Position numbers and translations under genes: made by a program. DNA of 64,000 nucleotides from Oceanispirochaeta sp. (GTDB lineage: Bacteria; Spirochaetota; Spirochaetia; DSM-2461): NCBI GenBank assembly GCA_963666275.2, contig CAXXOA010000001.1, forward strand, positions 2,432,001 to 2,496,000. The letters are read 5' to 3'. Under the pieces are notes generated by a model. That model was given only the letters and a program-made list of their open reading frames with translations, was not told where the DNA came from and did no database searches. Numbering within the stretch: position 1 is the stretch's first letter; the number at the start of each line of letters is the position of its first letter. Of this stretch, positions 61,140 to 64,000 are shown in pieces.

Positions 61140-62567
61140 ATGAAAAAGATCCTTCTTAAACTTGAAAACGAAAAGATAATGACCGAAAAAGGGAAACCTT
61201 CGGAACATAATATTCACTGGACCTGGACCACCGGGGAAAGCTGGGTCATCCTGGGAAGTAACGGATCCGGAAAAACCCGGTTCCTTGAACTCCTCGAACA
61301 CCGGGCGGGAAAGGGGGCGAAAACAGTCTCCTTTGAAAACCTCGAACGGATCCTGGAAGAGGAGATCCGTCAGGATGACTCGGAATTTCTGGGAAAAATA
61401 GACACAGGGACCCCCCTTTACCGATTCCTGGGTCTAGCCTCAGCAGATCCGGAACTGATCCCCTTTAAAACAGGAGACAATTACAGAACTCTTCTGAACC
61501 ACGGGATCCGTACCCTTTCCACTGGAGAAATGCGACGTTCCCTCATATACAGAGCCGTACTGTCTCAACCCTCCCTGCTGCTCCTGGATGAACCTTTCGA
61601 CGGACTGGATGTCACAGCAGCAGAAGAGATGCGCCAGCTCATTACCCATCTGATAGAAGAGGAACACCCGGTACTCCTGATTCTCAACAGGAAGAGTGAG
61701 ATCCTTCCTGTGAATACTCATATAGGAGTCTTCCGGGATCATCACCTCTTGTTTACGGGATCCAAGGAAGAATGGGAGAAATTCGAAGCTTCCCGGCAGG
61801 ATCGCCGGATGACAGAAATCCCCATCCCCCCTCCCCCGGCGGATGCCTACCGTTACGACGGAGGCTCCTCTCTTGTGAAAATGCGGGATGTCACAGTGAA
61901 ATACGGTGAAAAAGTCGTTCTGAACAGGCTGTCCTGGGAGGTCAGAAAGGGTGAACACTGGAAAATTACAGGCCCCAACGGAGCGGGAAAAACAACCCTT
62001 CTGAACCTGATCTGTGGTGAGAACCAGCAGGCCTACTGTAATGATATAAAACTCTTCGGGAGACAGAGAGGTTCGGGCGAGACAGTCTGGGAAATAAAGG
62101 AAAAAGTGGGGATAATATCTCCCGCCCTTCAGTTAAGCTACAGAGTCTCCGCCAGCGCCAGAATGTGTATTATTTCAGGTCTATTCGACTCCATCGGTGT
62201 CTACGAGAAAGTCTCCCCCCTGCAGAGGAATCTTGCCGACCGCTGGCTTGCCTATCTGGGACTCACAGAAAAGGCGGATACCCCGATGAGGCGCCTTTCC
62301 TATGGGGAACAGCGACTCCTCCTGATTGCAAGAGGCCTGATAAAGCACCCTCCCCTGCTGATCCTTGACGAACCATGCCAGGGGCTGGATGACAGCAACA
62401 GAGAGAAAGTACTGAACCTGCTGGGACAATTTGCCTGCCAGTCAGAATCCACACTTCTCTATGTCACCCATCACCAGGAGGACAGAATCAGAGGAATAGA
62501 GAGGCACATTCAGTTTGTTCCGGCAGAAGCGGGCTTCACTATCCGAGAAGTGTCTGTTCAACCATAG
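61140..62567 (+). CDS. modF: ModF-like dual ABC ATPase
   Basis: GSNGSGKT / GPNGAGKT, LSTGE, LSYGEQR, GSGETVWEIK. Confidence 0.88.
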   Translation: MKKILLKLENEKIMTEKGKPSEHNIHWTWTTGESWVILGSNGSGKTRFLELLEHRAGKGAKTVSFENLERILEEEIRQDDSEFLGKIDTGTPLYRFLGLASADPELIPFKTGDNYRTLLNHGIRTLSTGEMRRSLIYRAVLSQPSLLLLDEPFDGLDVTAAEEMRQLITHLIEEEHPVLLILNRKSEILPVNTHIGVFRDHHLLFTGSKEEWEKFEASRQDRRMTEIPIPPPPADAYRYDGGSSLVKMRDVTVKYGEKVVLNRLSWEVRKGEHWKITGPNGAGKTTLLNLICGENQQAYCNDIKLFGRQRGSGETVWEIKEKVGIISPALQLSYRVSASARMCIISGLFDSIGVYEKVSPLQRNLADRWLAYLGLTEKADTPMRRLSYGEQRLLLIARGLIKHPPLLILDEPCQGLDDSNREKVLNLLGQFACQSESTLLYVTHHQEDRIRGIERHIQFVPAEAGFTIREVSVQP

Positions 62568-63378
62568 CGATGACCGAGTCGGGAGTGGAAGCTCCCGCAC
62601 TGATCCCTATGGTTTCATACTCCCCTATTTCAGAGGGGATTTCATCCACACTCTCAATATGCCAGGTGGGAACTCCTGTCTCCCTGGCTGTCATATATAG
62701 CCTTTTGGTATTGGCGCTGTTTCTGCCCCCTATGATCAGACAGGCATCCACCTTACTGCAGAGCTCAAGAAGAGACTCCTGCCTGTCCTTGGTAGCGCTG
62801 CAGATATTGTTGATAATTTTCAGGAAATCTGTATTCTCTTTCAGAATATCACAGATACGATCAAACTCTTCCTGCTTAATCGTTGTCTGACTGATGACCA
62901 GAGTCTTCCCTTTCAGGGATATTTTCCGGGCATCTTCGGGAGTACTCACAAGATAGGGAGAGCTGGCATACCCTGCCAGCCCTTTGATCTCTCCATGGTT
63001 GGCATCTCCCACGATGATAATATGATATCCCAACTGATTATACTTTCTGATGGTTTTATGGGAGGATATGACTTTGGGACAGGTTCCGTTTTTCACAACC
63101 GCATCACGGGCTTTAAGCTCATCCATGATTTTGGCGGGAACTCCGTGGGCCCGGATAACAACGGTGGCTCCCCGGGGAATATCCTGAGGGTCCTCAGCAA
63201 TGATAACTCCCCTGTCGGAGAAGTCCCTGATGACCTGAGGATTATGAATGATAGGGCCCAGGGTATAGACACTGTCTTCCTGACAGGCCACGGCTTCTTC
63301 CAGAGATCCTACCGCTCTGCGGACTCCCAGACAGAAACCCATCTCCCGGGCTTTCAATACACGACGAATATTTTTCAT
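62539..63378 (-). CDS. ispH: 4-hydroxy-3-methylbut-2-enyl diphosphate reductase
   Basis: GFC.GV, IIHN, RAHG, TCP, QTT, IC.AT..RQ, SANT, AGASTP. Confidence 0.97.
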   Translation of the reverse strand: MKNIRRVLKAREMGFCLGVRRAVGSLEEAVACQEDSVYTLGPIIHNPQVIRDFSDRGVIIAEDPQDIPRGATVVIRAHGVPAKIMDELKARDAVVKNGTCPKVISSHKTIRKYNQLGYHIIIVGDANHGEIKGLAGYASSPYLVSTPEDARKISLKGKTLVISQTTIKQEEFDRICDILKENTDFLKIINNICSATKDRQESLLELCSKVDACLIIGGRNSANTKRLYMTARETGVPTWHIESVDEIPSEIGEYETIGISAGASTPDSVIAMVEQTLLG

Positions 63379-63386
63379 GGGACCTA

Positions 63387-64000
63387 TTATGGAATATAGA
63401 CATAAATTACGTCATCCCCTCCGATGGTCAAATCGTAACTATTCAGGTCAAGATTTTTGCTCCCCGCATAGAGAAGAACAGTCCGGCGGGCCCTGTAGAT
63501 ATCCCGTCGTTCCAGCAATTCCAGGAGCTGTTCAAAAGACTGATTCTCCACAGAAAGCCGGGAGATCCTGAAGGGCTGAAAATCCCGGTCCCAGGGAAGG
63601 GCCGCAAGCTCGCCGTCCAGATCAAACGCATAATCGGGAAAGAGACCCTTTTCACTGGCTCTGGAAAAGACGATCTCCTGCTGCGGTTCCAGGTTTTTCA
63701 GCCCATAGGGATAGGCCATGGTCCTCAGATGGGGGGGGAAAACAAGATACTCTTCCAATATACTTTCCGCTTCGCCTATTTCAGCCACAAGGCTTTCCGC
63801 AGTCTGATCCCCCAGAAAGGTATGGGTCACCGTATGGTGCCCCAGATAAAAGTCCCTCTGAAGGATCTTCAGTTTTTCGCCCACCACAGGCATATTCCTG
63901 TAGGGAAATCCTCTGTGGGGAATATCACCGGTCTGCCTGAAGGGAACCGCATCAAAGGAGACATAAAATGTAAAATTGAAGTGACCGTTCACAGGAGGAA
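63387..64000 (-). CDS. Polysaccharide-deacetylase-like protein, C-terminal part (5' end outside the window)
   Basis: FTFYV, LGHHTVTH, MAYPYG NodB-like motifs. Confidence 0.6.
   Translation of the reverse strand, partial: PPVNGHFNFTFYVSFDAVPFRQTGDIPHRGFPYRNMPVVGEKLKILQRDFYLGHHTVTHTFLGDQTAESLVAEIGEAESILEEYLVFPPHLRTMAYPYGLKNLEPQQEIVFSRASEKGLFPDYAFDLDGELAALPWDRDFQPFRISRLSVENQSFEQLLELLERRDIYRARRTVLLYAGSKNLDLNSYDLTIGGDDVIYVYIP

Overview
Chromosomal window from a free-living spirochaete (Spirochaetaceae, Oceanispirochaeta/Spirochaeta-like, judged from 16S, gene order and lipoboxes). From left to right it holds: a spirochaete-type dcw operon (mraZ-rsmH-ftsL-murF-mraY-ftsW-ftsQ-ftsA-ftsZ) running into xerD-TPR-dprA-xerC; two divergent GH57 genes with DUF4912; a cheW-degT-like-nadK-recN operon; a complete rrn operon (16S-tRNA-Ile-23S-5S, minus strand); pgsA, an M32 carboxypeptidase and T-box-controlled thrS; an AT-rich accessory island (about 36.3-40.4 kb) with three toxin-antitoxin-like pairs, a tandem lipoprotein array carrying a frameshifting G10 tract, and a degenerate duplicate of the srkA 3' end; and housekeeping genes (trxA, mutT, pepF, GDPD, omptin, glycine-betaine ABC transporter, modF, ispH). 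The most notable system spans 42.5-51.3 kb and resembles a flavin-based extracytoplasmic electron-transfer (fumarate-respiration) locus. It comprises an NDH-2/DoxX fusion with three tandem putative flavinylation-like SAAS motifs, a polyprenyl synthase, an FMN-bind + flavocytochrome-c lipoprotein, a CitAB/DcuSR-type two-component system with an apparently degenerate ligand pocket, and a second membrane-anchored flavocytochrome that may act as co-sensor. All family assignments come from motif recognition, not database searches.
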